Positions 55,492 through 63,877 of a DNA stretch of 64,000 nucleotides are shown one piece after another (position 1 is the first letter of the stretch; each line of letters opens with the position of its first letter). The notes under the pieces are model-generated. The model did no database searches. It worked only from the letters and a program-made list of their open reading frames with translations, and was not told the origin of the DNA. The DNA is taken from positions 65,881-129,880 of IMG/VR virus record IMGVR_UViG_3300012984_000012; one strand, 5' to 3'. The DNA is from a virus. A program made the translations under genes and the position numbers.

Positions 55492-57099
55492 ATGAGTGGA
55501 ATGGGAAAACCTTCTGGTGACCAACAGACGTGGGTCTACCGCACAGCACAGGACTCCTGGCAGGCTGGATCTACGAGCGGTAGCAGTGGCCTTTCGGTTG
55601 AAGAGCGAAACCCAATCGACCTAGACTTGCATGAGATCAGTGACCAGCAGGTCTTCAACTTCATGCCCACGGCGTTACTGAACGTGAACGATGATATGTC
55701 GATCACCACGCTAACGCGCTTCACAACGCTGTCAGAAGGCACGCCACAGACACCGACAATCAGCGGCGGTCAGATGACGTTAGCACACCCAGCCTCAGGC
55801 GACAAGAACACGGGATTACAAGAGGGTCCTGATATCGGCATCTGTCAGGTTGCTTCAAGCGTCAACATCGTCTCTAGGACAGGCAACGCTGGCAACACGT
55901 ATGAAAACGTGGGTGTCGGCATCGCGAAGGACAGCAACAACTTCATCCTTGCGCTCTGGAGGAGGCTCGATAACCTCGCCAGCATCCAAGTCAAGATCGG
56001 CGGCAGCGCGAATTTTCGAGCAGACGTGTCTGCGACAGGTTGGACGCCGCCGTTTGAGATCGGCTTCAGCATGGTCGCTAACTCTCTGACCATGTGGCGT
56101 CGGGTTCCAGGCGGCCTGTGGACGAAGATCACGAGCTATGACGTCACGTCCACGATCAACTTCAAGACCTCTAGCTTGACTGGCTGGAAAGGTGTGTTCT
56201 GGCTTGCCACCCAGAGCAGCCAAAGCGTGACATTCGTTTTTGATGACTTCAAGGTGGGAAGGTTTGGCTCGGTCGGTTTCCGCGACCCTTTCATCGTCTC
56301 AAACGAGGACGGGACAGCGAGGTTCAACGGCAGCGTTGTCGGACTGACGGCGACGTGTACCGACCCTCAGGCTGCAGCGTATTGTGGCGTCTTCACGCTC
56401 GACCTGGTGTCTCGCGCTCTTACGCAGACCGGCGTGATCATGGTCAACCGAAGTAGCTCGATACAGAACGACAACGCTACGCACCTCATCGCGTATGATG
56501 ACGGGACGTATCGGATGTGGATCACGTCGTGGGGTAACTCAGGCCTCGGCGCGAACACGATCCAGATCCTGTACAAGAACGAAACGTCACTGAACCTGCT
56601 CTCGGGATCGAACCTGGTCAGCGGCACGACACAACTGACGATGCCTTTCACCGGTAGTGGTGGAGCGTACGATGCCTCGGTCGTGAAGATAGGATCGACA
56701 TGGTACCTAGCGTACATCGTCGGTCCCTCGACGCCGAACACGTTCTTCCCAGCGCTGGCCTCGTCATCTGACCTCTCGACGTGGAGCCTCGTTGGGATGG
56801 ACTCGAACTCTTTCCCGTACGAAGGATCGCGCATCGTGAAGCTCGCGAACCAGTACTGGGTGTTGGCAGCGACCAGCGGTAGCACCAACGTCTACGACAT
56901 GACGATGGCGTACCAGGGAAAGATGAACTCGTTACAGGTCGTCGGCGTGAACCCGCCTCATCCGACCCTGGTCCCATACGGGCAATACACATACCAGGTG
57001 ACGTTTGACACCCAGCTGTATTCTGGATCAGCTAACACGCTCGGACACTTCCGTGAGTTCAGGGCTCGACGGTATGCCGTGCTCGGTTCAGGTCTCTAG
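55492..57099 (+). CDS. Putative receptor-binding / carbohydrate-active virion protein
   Basis: Lectin-like N-half; C-half with FRDPFIV, YDASVVKIGSTWYLAY, SSDLSTWS, YEG (GH32/43-like beta-propeller motifs). Confidence 0.6.
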   Translation: MSGMGKPSGDQQTWVYRTAQDSWQAGSTSGSSGLSVEERNPIDLDLHEISDQQVFNFMPTALLNVNDDMSITTLTRFTTLSEGTPQTPTISGGQMTLAHPASGDKNTGLQEGPDIGICQVASSVNIVSRTGNAGNTYENVGVGIAKDSNNFILALWRRLDNLASIQVKIGGSANFRADVSATGWTPPFEIGFSMVANSLTMWRRVPGGLWTKITSYDVTSTINFKTSSLTGWKGVFWLATQSSQSVTFVFDDFKVGRFGSVGFRDPFIVSNEDGTARFNGSVVGLTATCTDPQAAAYCGVFTLDLVSRALTQTGVIMVNRSSSIQNDNATHLIAYDDGTYRMWITSWGNSGLGANTIQILYKNETSLNLLSGSNLVSGTTQLTMPFTGSGGAYDASVVKIGSTWYLAYIVGPSTPNTFFPALASSSDLSTWSLVGMDSNSFPYEGSRIVKLANQYWVLAATSGSTNVYDMTMAYQGKMNSLQVVGVNPPHPTLVPYGQYTYQVTFDTQLYSGSANTLGHFREFRARRYAVLGSGL

Positions 57100-57234
57100 G
57101 ATCTGAAGGGCTGGTTCGGGAACCAGGTCCTCCCACTTGACGAGCTGCTCGTGAGCGTCTTTTTGTTCTTTGACGGAGGGATCGCCCACCACGATTGTCT
57201 CTTCGTCACCCAACAGATCGATTATGACATACAT
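57088..57234 (-). CDS. 48-aa acidic hypothetical protein
   Basis: Below the ORF-track cut-off: MYVIIDLLGDEETIVVGDPSVKEQKDAHEQLVKWEDLVPEPALQILET; SD GGAGGT; promoter CTGTAC-N18-TAAGCT at 57308-57279. Confidence 0.6.
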   Translation of the reverse strand: MYVIIDLLGDEETIVVGDPSVKEQKDAHEQLVKWEDLVPEPALQILET

Positions 57235-57324
57235 GACGCTACCTCCGGTTCGTACCTATCAAGCTGAACCCTGTTTTAAGCTTAACCATCGAGACAGGCT
57301 CTGTACAGGCTAAAAGAGGCCCAC

Positions 57325-57356
57325 TCGTGGCCCACAGAAAAACTCGTGGGCCACGA
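57325..57356 (-). terminator. Hairpin after the RNA ligase gene
   Basis: Perfect 11-bp inverted repeat TCGTGGCCCAC-N10-GTGGGCCACGA. Confidence 0.55.
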
Positions 57357-57373
57357 ACCTTGGCTACTACCTC

Positions 57374-58600
57374 TCACCTCTTGATTTTACCCAAGAGGAC
57401 ATCAAGTGAGCTGTCGGTTAGTTTGTTCGCCGCTGCCATGTTTTGCACCCACTCACCTGCGCTCGCCGCGGCATTCGCCCACAGCTTGAAGTAAACGGGC
57501 GTCCAGTCACCTGAGGCGGTGACCGCGAGGGCGAACGTTTTCTTGTCAGCACCACCTGAAATTGCGATGAACTTAGCGAAATTAGCATCGACGCTCTTCA
57601 GGTACGCCTGAAGCCTCACACGCATGTCACAGAGCTCGTCGGCGACGTCCTTTTCAACGAGCGGAAGAACGTCATCGATCTCGCCTTTGATGATAGCGAG
57701 CAGCGCAGACCGACGCGAGACGGTGACGAGATCCTTCGCCTTTGAAGACAGGACCCAAGCCTTGTTCTTGACCTTGAGCCGACGGAACTGAGAGTCGCAA
57801 ACGACAGCTCCTTCAAGTTCTGCTGGGTTTGCAGAATTGACGAACGCGTCGAGCGCCGCAGCAGACGAGAGGTTCCAAGTCTTCGGCAGTGGAAAGCGAC
57901 GGTGAAACGATTCGATCGTCACCTCTTGGCCCGTTTCAGTGTGTCGCGCCGCGAGCAGCGTCACCTTCGGTTCATCGTACTTGACGACGATGCGGTTGTA
58001 CGGTGACGTCAGCTCGAACACGTACGTGAACTTCTTGTCGAAGAGAGAAAGAGGACCGAACTCGAGCACGCTCGAGGCCATCGTCGCGTTCAACGTCTTG
58101 AAAAAGAGGTCAGAGAACGTATCGTCGCCGATCTGCATGTGACCAGCCTTGATCGGCAGGTCCGCCTCGGGCACGGCTCGCGTCGCCGCGTGCCAGCGCC
58201 CGTGAAGCTCGTCCCAATAGACGATCATGCACGTGCCGTCGAGCTTCTCGTAGACCCGCAGCATGGGATCCGACCAATCGACAGCGGCACCCGAAGCGTC
58301 GCCATGGTTGTAGAACCGATTCATGGGCCAGGCCAGAACAGTAGCGTCCCCTACGCAGATGTCCTTCCACGTCTTGTTCGTGAAGGTCTGCACCATGTCG
58401 AACCAATCAAATTCAACCGGGCGAACGATCAGCCCTCGACACTGCTCCGCAAGCAGGTCGCCGCTCTTCACCATGATCTGGTCGTAATTGAGGCTGAATT
58501 TGTCCTGGGTAGCGTTGGGCCTGGCACACACGCCGTGCTCGTCTTCAAGCTGTTGAAAGGTGTGGGTTTTCAGGTACTCGATGACTAACGGAAGGACCAT
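57374..58600 (-). CDS. T4 Rnl1-like RNA ligase
   Basis: CRGL, RFYN, YEKLDGT (motif I), FELTSPYNRIVVKY, EGAVV, RLKVKN; promoter GTGTAT-N18-TAGGTT 7 nt before ATG 58600. Confidence 0.88.
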   Translation of the reverse strand: MVLPLVIEYLKTHTFQQLEDEHGVCARPNATQDKFSLNYDQIMVKSGDLLAEQCRGLIVRPVEFDWFDMVQTFTNKTWKDICVGDATVLAWPMNRFYNHGDASGAAVDWSDPMLRVYEKLDGTCMIVYWDELHGRWHAATRAVPEADLPIKAGHMQIGDDTFSDLFFKTLNATMASSVLEFGPLSLFDKKFTYVFELTSPYNRIVVKYDEPKVTLLAARHTETGQEVTIESFHRRFPLPKTWNLSSAAALDAFVNSANPAELEGAVVCDSQFRRLKVKNKAWVLSSKAKDLVTVSRRSALLAIIKGEIDDVLPLVEKDVADELCDMRVRLQAYLKSVDANFAKFIAISGGADKKTFALAVTASGDWTPVYFKLWANAAASAGEWVQNMAAANKLTDSSLDVLLGKIKR

Positions 58601-58663
58601 GAAATACAACCTACCATCTCGAGACCTCGTGATACACTTCGAGGATGATTGATAGAATTAAGC

Positions 58664-59284
58664 ATGAAATCGCAGAGGAAACTTGCCGCTCTCGTGAGAG
58701 AGTACGCCAGGGACCTGCTACGTGAGCCCACTGACGGCACAAGACGACTGAGAATCTTTGATTTTGATGACACTCTCGTGCTCACGGACGCAAAGATCTG
58801 GGTGACGACCGGCGATGGCAACAGGTTCTCACTGACCCCAGGAGAGTTCGCTCTTTACGAGAAGAACCCTGGAGAGGTCATGGACTTCACTGAGTTTAGT
58901 CAGCTCATTAACCCTCGTGTCATCGGCTGGATGGGTCAGATCCTTCGCATGGTGTATGACAGGTACAGTCACAAAGGAAGCATCATCCTGTCAGCTAGGA
59001 CGGCCCCTGAGCCGATCGTTCAGTTTTTAACCAGCGTCGGCATGTCAGACATCGAGGTCAAGGCTCTTAACAATGCTGATCCGACGATCAAGGCAGGTTG
59101 GGTCGATACTTGGATCCGTGAACGCGAGCTCGATCACGTTGAGTTCTTTGATGACTCACACAAGAACGTTGCTGCTGTCAGACAGCTACGAGAGCTGCAC
59201 CCAAATGTTAACATCGTGGTCCGTCATGTCGACCATGAATCAGGATTCGTGCCTACGCGCCTATCAAAGACAACACTGAAATGA
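58664..59284 (+). CDS. HAD-family phosphatase (RNA-repair 3'-phosphatase-like)
   Basis: IFDFDDTLV, LSART, K..W, FFDDSHKN. Confidence 0.75.
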   Translation: MKSQRKLAALVREYARDLLREPTDGTRRLRIFDFDDTLVLTDAKIWVTTGDGNRFSLTPGEFALYEKNPGEVMDFTEFSQLINPRVIGWMGQILRMVYDRYSHKGSIILSARTAPEPIVQFLTSVGMSDIEVKALNNADPTIKAGWVDTWIRERELDHVEFFDDSHKNVAAVRQLRELHPNVNIVVRHVDHESGFVPTRLSKTTLK

Positions 59285-59525
59285 CAGCGATTCCCACGCT
59301 ATCAAGGCACCAATACGCCGGTGACACCTTGTCTGCGTGTTCGGGCAGGTCATCAAGATCGTTTTGGCTTAGCGAACCCAGAACGACGAAAACGCCACAA
59401 GGCGACGAAGACGAATCAACGTATCCCTTTTGCGATTCTGGCCTGCAAGTAAGCAGTGGAAAATCAATCGAGAAGTACTTCGGATTGTACCTGACCAGGT
59501 CGCCTGGTTTGAAGTGTTTCATCAC
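59253..59525 (-). CDS. Hypothetical protein
   Basis: FKPGDLVRY start typical of small phage SH3-like proteins. Confidence 0.5.
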   Translation of the reverse strand: MMKHFKPGDLVRYNPKYFSIDFPLLTCRPESQKGYVDSSSSPCGVFVVLGSLSQNDLDDLPEHADKVSPAYWCLDSVGIAVISVLSLIGA

Positions 59526-59953
59526 TCTTCGTTGTTGTCTTTGAACAAGACGTCGAGGTCAAATTTCGCGTTCTCAGGCGCTAGCTCGGTGACCTCGATG
59601 TCATCATCATTGAACTGTCGGAAAGGCATGATGTGATCGCTGACCCATCCGTAATGGATGCTGACGAGCAACCCAGAGGCGTTTTGAGGCTGGCTCGCTT
59701 TTACGAGCCGGATCCAGTCGAGCCTGACATGACTCTGGTGCTTGTCGTCATAGACAAACTCACAACCCCTCCACTCGGCCTCGATGAACTCACCGGGTAG
59801 CAACGTGAGATGGTCAACGTTTGGGATCTCGTCAATGACAGACGGGTTATCATGGCCGCCTGTCAGCCACTCGTATGCGCTCTCTGGATCCGCGAACAGG
59901 AAGAACACTCGACCGGGTGAGCCTTCGTTGATGGCAACCTTGACCTTCTTCAC
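59522..59953 (-). CDS. Hypothetical protein
   Basis: 143 aa, coupled to neighbours. Confidence 0.6.
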   Translation of the reverse strand: MKKVKVAINEGSPGRVFFLFADPESAYEWLTGGHDNPSVIDEIPNVDHLTLLPGEFIEAEWRGCEFVYDDKHQSHVRLDWIRLVKASQPQNASGLLVSIHYGWVSDHIMPFRQFNDDDIEVTELAPENAKFDLDVLFKDNNEE

Positions 59954-59954
59954 G

Positions 59955-60347
59955 TCAGTGTGTCCGTTCCTGGGTGACGTCAGTTTCTTTGATGGCGTTA
60001 ACGAAGTCCGTCATTCGCCTGATCTTTTCAGCATCGTCGAGGTCGCGCCAGGCGTTTTCATCCATCATTGTTGAGAAGATTTCAGCGTAAGGATCGTTGG
60101 GATCGTGCTTGCAAACGCTGACATACGCCCGGCTCGCCTTGACGATCATTTCAGCTGCGCACCTGTCGCACAGTCTGGCCTTCAAGGCCGTGTGCTCGAC
60201 ACACGCAGGTTTCTTTTGGCACGTCATGCACCTGGGCACGTGTGGCTCGATCAGGCTCGCTTGGTCAGCTAGCTGCAGCGCCATCAACCTGATCTGGTAC
60301 GATTGATTCGCGATGACTTTTATCAATTCATCAGGATCGATTGTCAT
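59955..60347 (-). CDS. Hypothetical Zn-finger protein
   Basis: CMTC...CDRC; promoter GTGAAA-N17-TACCAT upstream. Confidence 0.65.
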   Translation of the reverse strand: MTIDPDELIKVIANQSYQIRLMALQLADQASLIEPHVPRCMTCQKKPACVEHTALKARLCDRCAAEMIVKASRAYVSVCKHDPNDPYAEIFSTMMDENAWRDLDDAEKIRRMTDFVNAIKETDVTQERTH

Positions 60348-60394
60348 GTGATACCATGGTAATCCGTTGTGACGTGATTTTCACTGAGAACAGG

Positions 60395-60465
60395 TCCGCC
60401 TGCTCGGAGTCGAACCGAGAGCGAAGCTTTATAAGAACTTCTGCGCCAACCGGGCACACAGGCAG
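60395..60465 (-). tRNA. tRNA-Ile (UAU)
   Basis: CTGCCTG/CAGGCGG acceptor, AAGTT-CTTATAA-AGCTT anticodon arm, CTCGG-TTCGACT-CCGAG, A73. Confidence 0.8.
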
Positions 60466-60489
60466 GTAATCATAAATGATACCTACCCT

Positions 60490-61188
60490 TCATATCAGCG
60501 CGTTGAACAGATCTTTGTTGTCACCGCAGTAGGCGCCGAGCTTGTCGAGCCAGGCCTTGCTCTTCTGCTTGAACATGATGGGTGCTTTCGTCTTCTTGTC
60601 GTTAGCAGCCTTACAAACGACGCCCTCGAACGTCATGCCGGGCAACGTGCTGGTGCGGACGCTGTTGATGAACTCAGGTGTCAGTTCGCCACGATATAAG
60701 ACCTTGGCCACGTCGAGGTGGCCAAACTGCCTCAGGAACAGCTCAGGCTCTAAGATCCCTTTCGTGAAAGGAGCGACGTCGAACAACGTCACGTCTTTCC
60801 ACTCGGTGGCATCGTGCATCCCAGCGAATGAACTCGGACCCCAAAACTCAAAAAAACACATCGCTCGTTCGTAACCTGCATCACGGAGCGCCTTGCCCAG
60901 CATGTCTCCGTACTTTGACTCGATCAACATGGGAACGCCACCAAAGATGGGATCGGTCGCGTCGACGAGCCTGTGTCGGGTGCCAAACTTGTGCCATCCC
61001 TTCTTTTTCGCCCACTCGGCACGGACGTTCGAGCCATCCAGCTTGTCGAAAGCGATGATGGGCAGGTGGCACTCGGTGGCGTACGGTAGCGATGGGTAAG
61101 ATTTCACGAGGTTCTCCGGTTCACGTTTTTCGTCGAGATCGTGCTGCTCGCGCTTGTCGCGGCGCTTGTAATGTTCACGCTTGTTCAT
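60490..61188 (-). CDS. RNA ligase-like nucleotidyltransferase (Rnl2-type adenylation domain)
   Basis: KSYPS, FDKLDGSNVR, FGTR, FEFWG, LFDV, EGVVCK, MFKQK. Confidence 0.8.
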   Translation of the reverse strand: MNKREHYKRRDKREQHDLDEKREPENLVKSYPSLPYATECHLPIIAFDKLDGSNVRAEWAKKKGWHKFGTRHRLVDATDPIFGGVPMLIESKYGDMLGKALRDAGYERAMCFFEFWGPSSFAGMHDATEWKDVTLFDVAPFTKGILEPELFLRQFGHLDVAKVLYRGELTPEFINSVRTSTLPGMTFEGVVCKAANDKKTKAPIMFKQKSKAWLDKLGAYCGDNKDLFNALI

Positions 61189-61468
61189 TTGCGATCCTTG
61201 CGAGCACGTCGCCGTGACACGCCTTCGGGTGACACCAACAACCGAGCACTTTTCCTTTGAGTTCTGTCTTGACACGTTCGATCATCGCTGGATCCTGTTG
61301 CAGGTACTCCTCAAAACAGGCGATCGCCTCTTCCCGAGAGTCGACCTTCACCTCGGCGAGGCTCTTGGGACTCTCGGAGAATGGGTTCCCCCAAGGTCCT
61401 GGACGTCCGATGTAGACATCGAACGGCTCCCTCTTGCAATGAACGACCCACCTGACGTTATCTGTCAC
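61175..61468 (-). CDS. DUF4326 family protein
   Basis: VVHCK...DVYIGRPGPWGNPF...L.GKVLGCWCHPKACHGDVL. Confidence 0.9.
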   Translation of the reverse strand: MTDNVRWVVHCKREPFDVYIGRPGPWGNPFSESPKSLAEVKVDSREEAIACFEEYLQQDPAMIERVKTELKGKVLGCWCHPKACHGDVLARIANEQA

Positions 61469-61486
61469 TGAAACCTACGTTCCTTG

Positions 61487-61711
61487 TCACGTGTCTAGGT
61501 TACAAACCTTGCAACGGTGCCCAGAAGTCGGACCTGACGGTCCATACGGATCGTCGTCGTGCCATTCTTCTAATGCTGACCTGCCGTCAGCGTACGTGTG
61601 ATTGCATTGGGATCTGATTACGCTCTCTTGGCGTTCCAACGCCTTGATCTGGTCCTTCACGTCCTTGAGCTTTTGCTCCGTGACGTCTGCCCACACGATC
61701 CTTTTCGTCAT
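61487..61711 (-). CDS. Hypothetical protein
   Basis: MTKRIVWAD start at 61711; CNH...CKVC. Confidence 0.6.
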   Translation of the reverse strand: MTKRIVWADVTEQKLKDVKDQIKALERQESVIRSQCNHTYADGRSALEEWHDDDPYGPSGPTSGHRCKVCNLDT

Positions 61712-62029
61712 TTCAGTCGCTCGGCCGCTTTGAAAGCCTGATCGTACGACGAACCGATCATGGTGTACAGGTCGTCTGGCGAGAATCCTGCGACGGGAGT
61801 CCCGGTGCTGTGAAACACCTCTGCCCTCTCGTGACACTCAGGACACAACGAGATGCCGTTTTGGGGTTACATAACCTCCGTTGGGCATGAGGTTCCTGTC
61901 GGTCACATGGTGGGCATCGAGCGGCTTCTCGACCGAGGCTGGAGACCCACAGGCCCGACACTTGTACCTGTCACGAGTGAAGACAGCGTCACGGAACCGT
62001 GCGCGGACGATTTTCTTATTAGACGACAT
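61708..62029 (-). pseudogene. HNH endonuclease interrupted by a single +1 frameshift
   Basis: Frame 0 RDRYKCRACG...LDAHH...NGGYV; +1 frame QNGISLCPECHERAE...; one extra base in ACCCCAAAA (61859-61867). Confidence 0.8.
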
Positions 62030-62103
62030 CTTTCGTACTCAGCGCAGCGACGTCTCGCTTCAAGACAGCACCGTACCATGACGTGTTGGTCGTGTACATC
62101 CAG

Positions 62104-62175
62104 AGCGAGTTACCGGGATCGAACCGGTGTCTCCTGGTTGGAAGCCAGGGGCACAGCCCACTATACCAAACTCGC
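62104..62175 (-). tRNA. tRNA-Gly (UCC)
   Basis: GCGAGTT/AACTCGC, CCTGG-CTTCCAA-CCAGG, ACCGG-TTCGATC-CCGGT, U73. Confidence 0.92.
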
Positions 62176-62254
62176 ATACGATTTCACCTGCACGCTTTTA
62201 TTGATCGCATACACGACCGCGTCTCGACGACTAGCGTCTATGGTTACTCTGCGG

Positions 62255-62327
62255 AGCAACCTCCGGGCTTTGCTCCCGGCGCCTTCACGTTGGCAACGTG
62301 ACGTTCTACTAACTGAACTAAGGTTGC
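62255..62327 (-). tRNA. tRNA-Gly (GCC) with non-canonical D- and T-loops
   Basis: GCAACCT/AGGTTGC, TCACG-TTGCCAA-CGTGA, T-arm CCGGG-AGCAAAG-CCCGG, D-loop AGTTAGTA, U73. Confidence 0.8.
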
Positions 62328-63094
62328 GTAAATTGCTGTATCTCTTGAAGAGATCGTAGCACGATGAGTTTAACGTTGTTTCTAGCTTGAGCATCACACA
62401 TTTTGTGTTCTGTCGCAAGCGTTGCATACCCCTTTACTTCTACGTAGGTATCTGTCAACGGAAGATAAAAATCTGGGTAATAACGTCGTGACCTTCCAAC
62501 ATCGTCAACATACAACAATGATCGAGAGGTGTTTCGTTCCCAAGTTACTTTTAACGCATCAAGTCGAATTGCAAGCGCTACTTCCCACTTACTGTCAAAC
62601 GCTTGACCGTTATAAGTCTGCGTGTTTCGTGGTCGATAACCGCCCGTTTTTCCTTGTGCAGCAATTGAACGTGAAATTTTTCGACACGTAGCTTTTAAAC
62701 ACGTGTTTGTTTTTCTGTTTCTACGTCGTTGGAAGACACTGTCACAAACTTTGCATGTTTCAATCGTGAATTCTGTGACATACTTGCGTCCAAGAAGCGC
62801 TAAACTTTGTTTAGCGCGAGTTTCAGACGAAGGTTGACGTTCGTTAGCACAACTACGAGAACAGTGTTTCGCGTGTTTTCCTAACGAAAACTGTTTCTCT
62901 GTCAATTTCAAAACGAAGCTTACGTGACACTTAGCACACGTAAACTGATATGAGTTACGTTGCTTAACGCGTTTCGCATTACGTTTCGCAAGCATCTCAA
63001 CGTATTTGGGATTGCATTTACAGTGTAACAGGTGTGAACCCAAAGATCGCCCGGATCTAAATTCAAGATCACAAAACCTACATGTGTGCTGCAC
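62318..63094 (-). mobile_element. Free-standing homing-type endonuclease (Zn fingers plus PD-(D/E)XK) inside the tRNA array
   Basis: CRFC..H..C, CAKC, HCSRSCA, CKVC; FDSKWE, YYPDFYL....YVEVKGY; visibly more AT-rich than flanks. Confidence 0.8.
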
Positions 63095-63110
63095 AGCTCA
63101 ACATCTCTAG

Positions 63111-63199
63111 AGGAAGGAGAGGGATTCGGACCCTCGAGCCCGCTTTCGCCGGCTACCGTCTTTCCAGGACGGCCGTTTAAACCACTCACGCACCCTTCC
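63111..63199 (-). tRNA. tRNA-Ser (GGA)
   Basis: GGAAGGG/TCCTTCC, loop CTGGAAA, long variable arm, T-loop TCCGAAT. Confidence 0.9.
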
Positions 63200-63203
63200 A
63201 TTA

Positions 63204-63398
63204 TCACATCTCTCGAGACAGGACGTATTGCTCTTCTCTCAGCTTCTTGACCTCGATGTCGGCAACATCACACGTCTGGAGCTCTTCCGCTTTTTTCAGC
63301 AGGTTTTTGATTTCTTGCAGCCTGTGTCGCTTGCGTTCAGCGGTGGTCGGAGGCTTGAACGCAAAAGGATCGTCTTGCAAAAAGCAGAGGTAACACAT
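63204..63398 (-). CDS. Small hypothetical protein
   Basis: 64 aa MCYLC..., between tRNAs. Confidence 0.55.
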   Translation of the reverse strand: MCYLCFLQDDPFAFKPPTTAERKRHRLQEIKNLLKKAEELQTCDVADIEVKKLREEQYVLSREM

Positions 63399-63419
63399 GC
63401 TCTTCTTACCTATTCCGAG

Positions 63420-63506
63420 CGGAAGCGGTAGGATTCGAACCTACGGGACCCTTGCGGGTCCGCCTGTTTTCGAGACAGGTGCCTTAAGCCTCTCGGCCAC
63501 GCTTCC
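63420..63506 (-). tRNA. tRNA-Ser (CGA)
   Basis: GGAAGCG/CGCTTCC, CCTGT-CTCGAAA-ACAGG, long variable arm. Confidence 0.92.
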
Positions 63507-63511
63507 AAAAT

Positions 63512-63769
63512 TTATCGTGACGGTTCCCACTTGACCCAATCGTCAGACGTGTCATTTGCTTGAGGCGTCCTAGACGCGTCTGGTTCTCGGAGTGAGACAA
63601 GGTATTTTCCGTCGACCTTGAAGACCTGGGTGTGACCGCATGCAGGGCACTCGTGCTCGTACAACCCAGGCTCAAAGACACGCATCGAAGGCGGGTTGTG
63701 CTCAGGGTGCCTGCAGACCTTGCGATTGTCCCAACAGCTTTCTTTAGTGTCAATCCTTCGTGTGGGCAT
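63512..63769 (-). CDS. Small Zn-ribbon hypothetical protein
   Basis: CRHPEHNPP...HECPACG; SD AAGGA. Confidence 0.6.
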   Translation of the reverse strand: MPTRRIDTKESCWDNRKVCRHPEHNPPSMRVFEPGLYEHECPACGHTQVFKVDGKYLVSLREPDASRTPQANDTSDDWVKWEPSR

Positions 63770-63783
63770 GTGATTTCTCTCGG

Positions 63784-63866
63784 AGGAGGGCGGGGGATTC
63801 GAACCCCCGGAACTTTCGTCCTTCCGCTTTCAAGGCGGACGCAATCGACCACTCTGCCAGCCCTCC
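63784..63866 (-). tRNA. tRNA-Ser (UGA)
   Basis: GGAGGGC/GCCCTCC, TCCGC-CTTGAAA-GCGGA, long variable arm. Confidence 0.92.
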
Positions 63867-63877
63867 GTAACAGTCTG

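Noticed and set aside
61758-62359. ORF-track ORFs overlapping the HNH gene and tRNA-Gly genes
   Set aside because: Explained by the frameshifted HNH and by tRNA sequence; no independent coding signal
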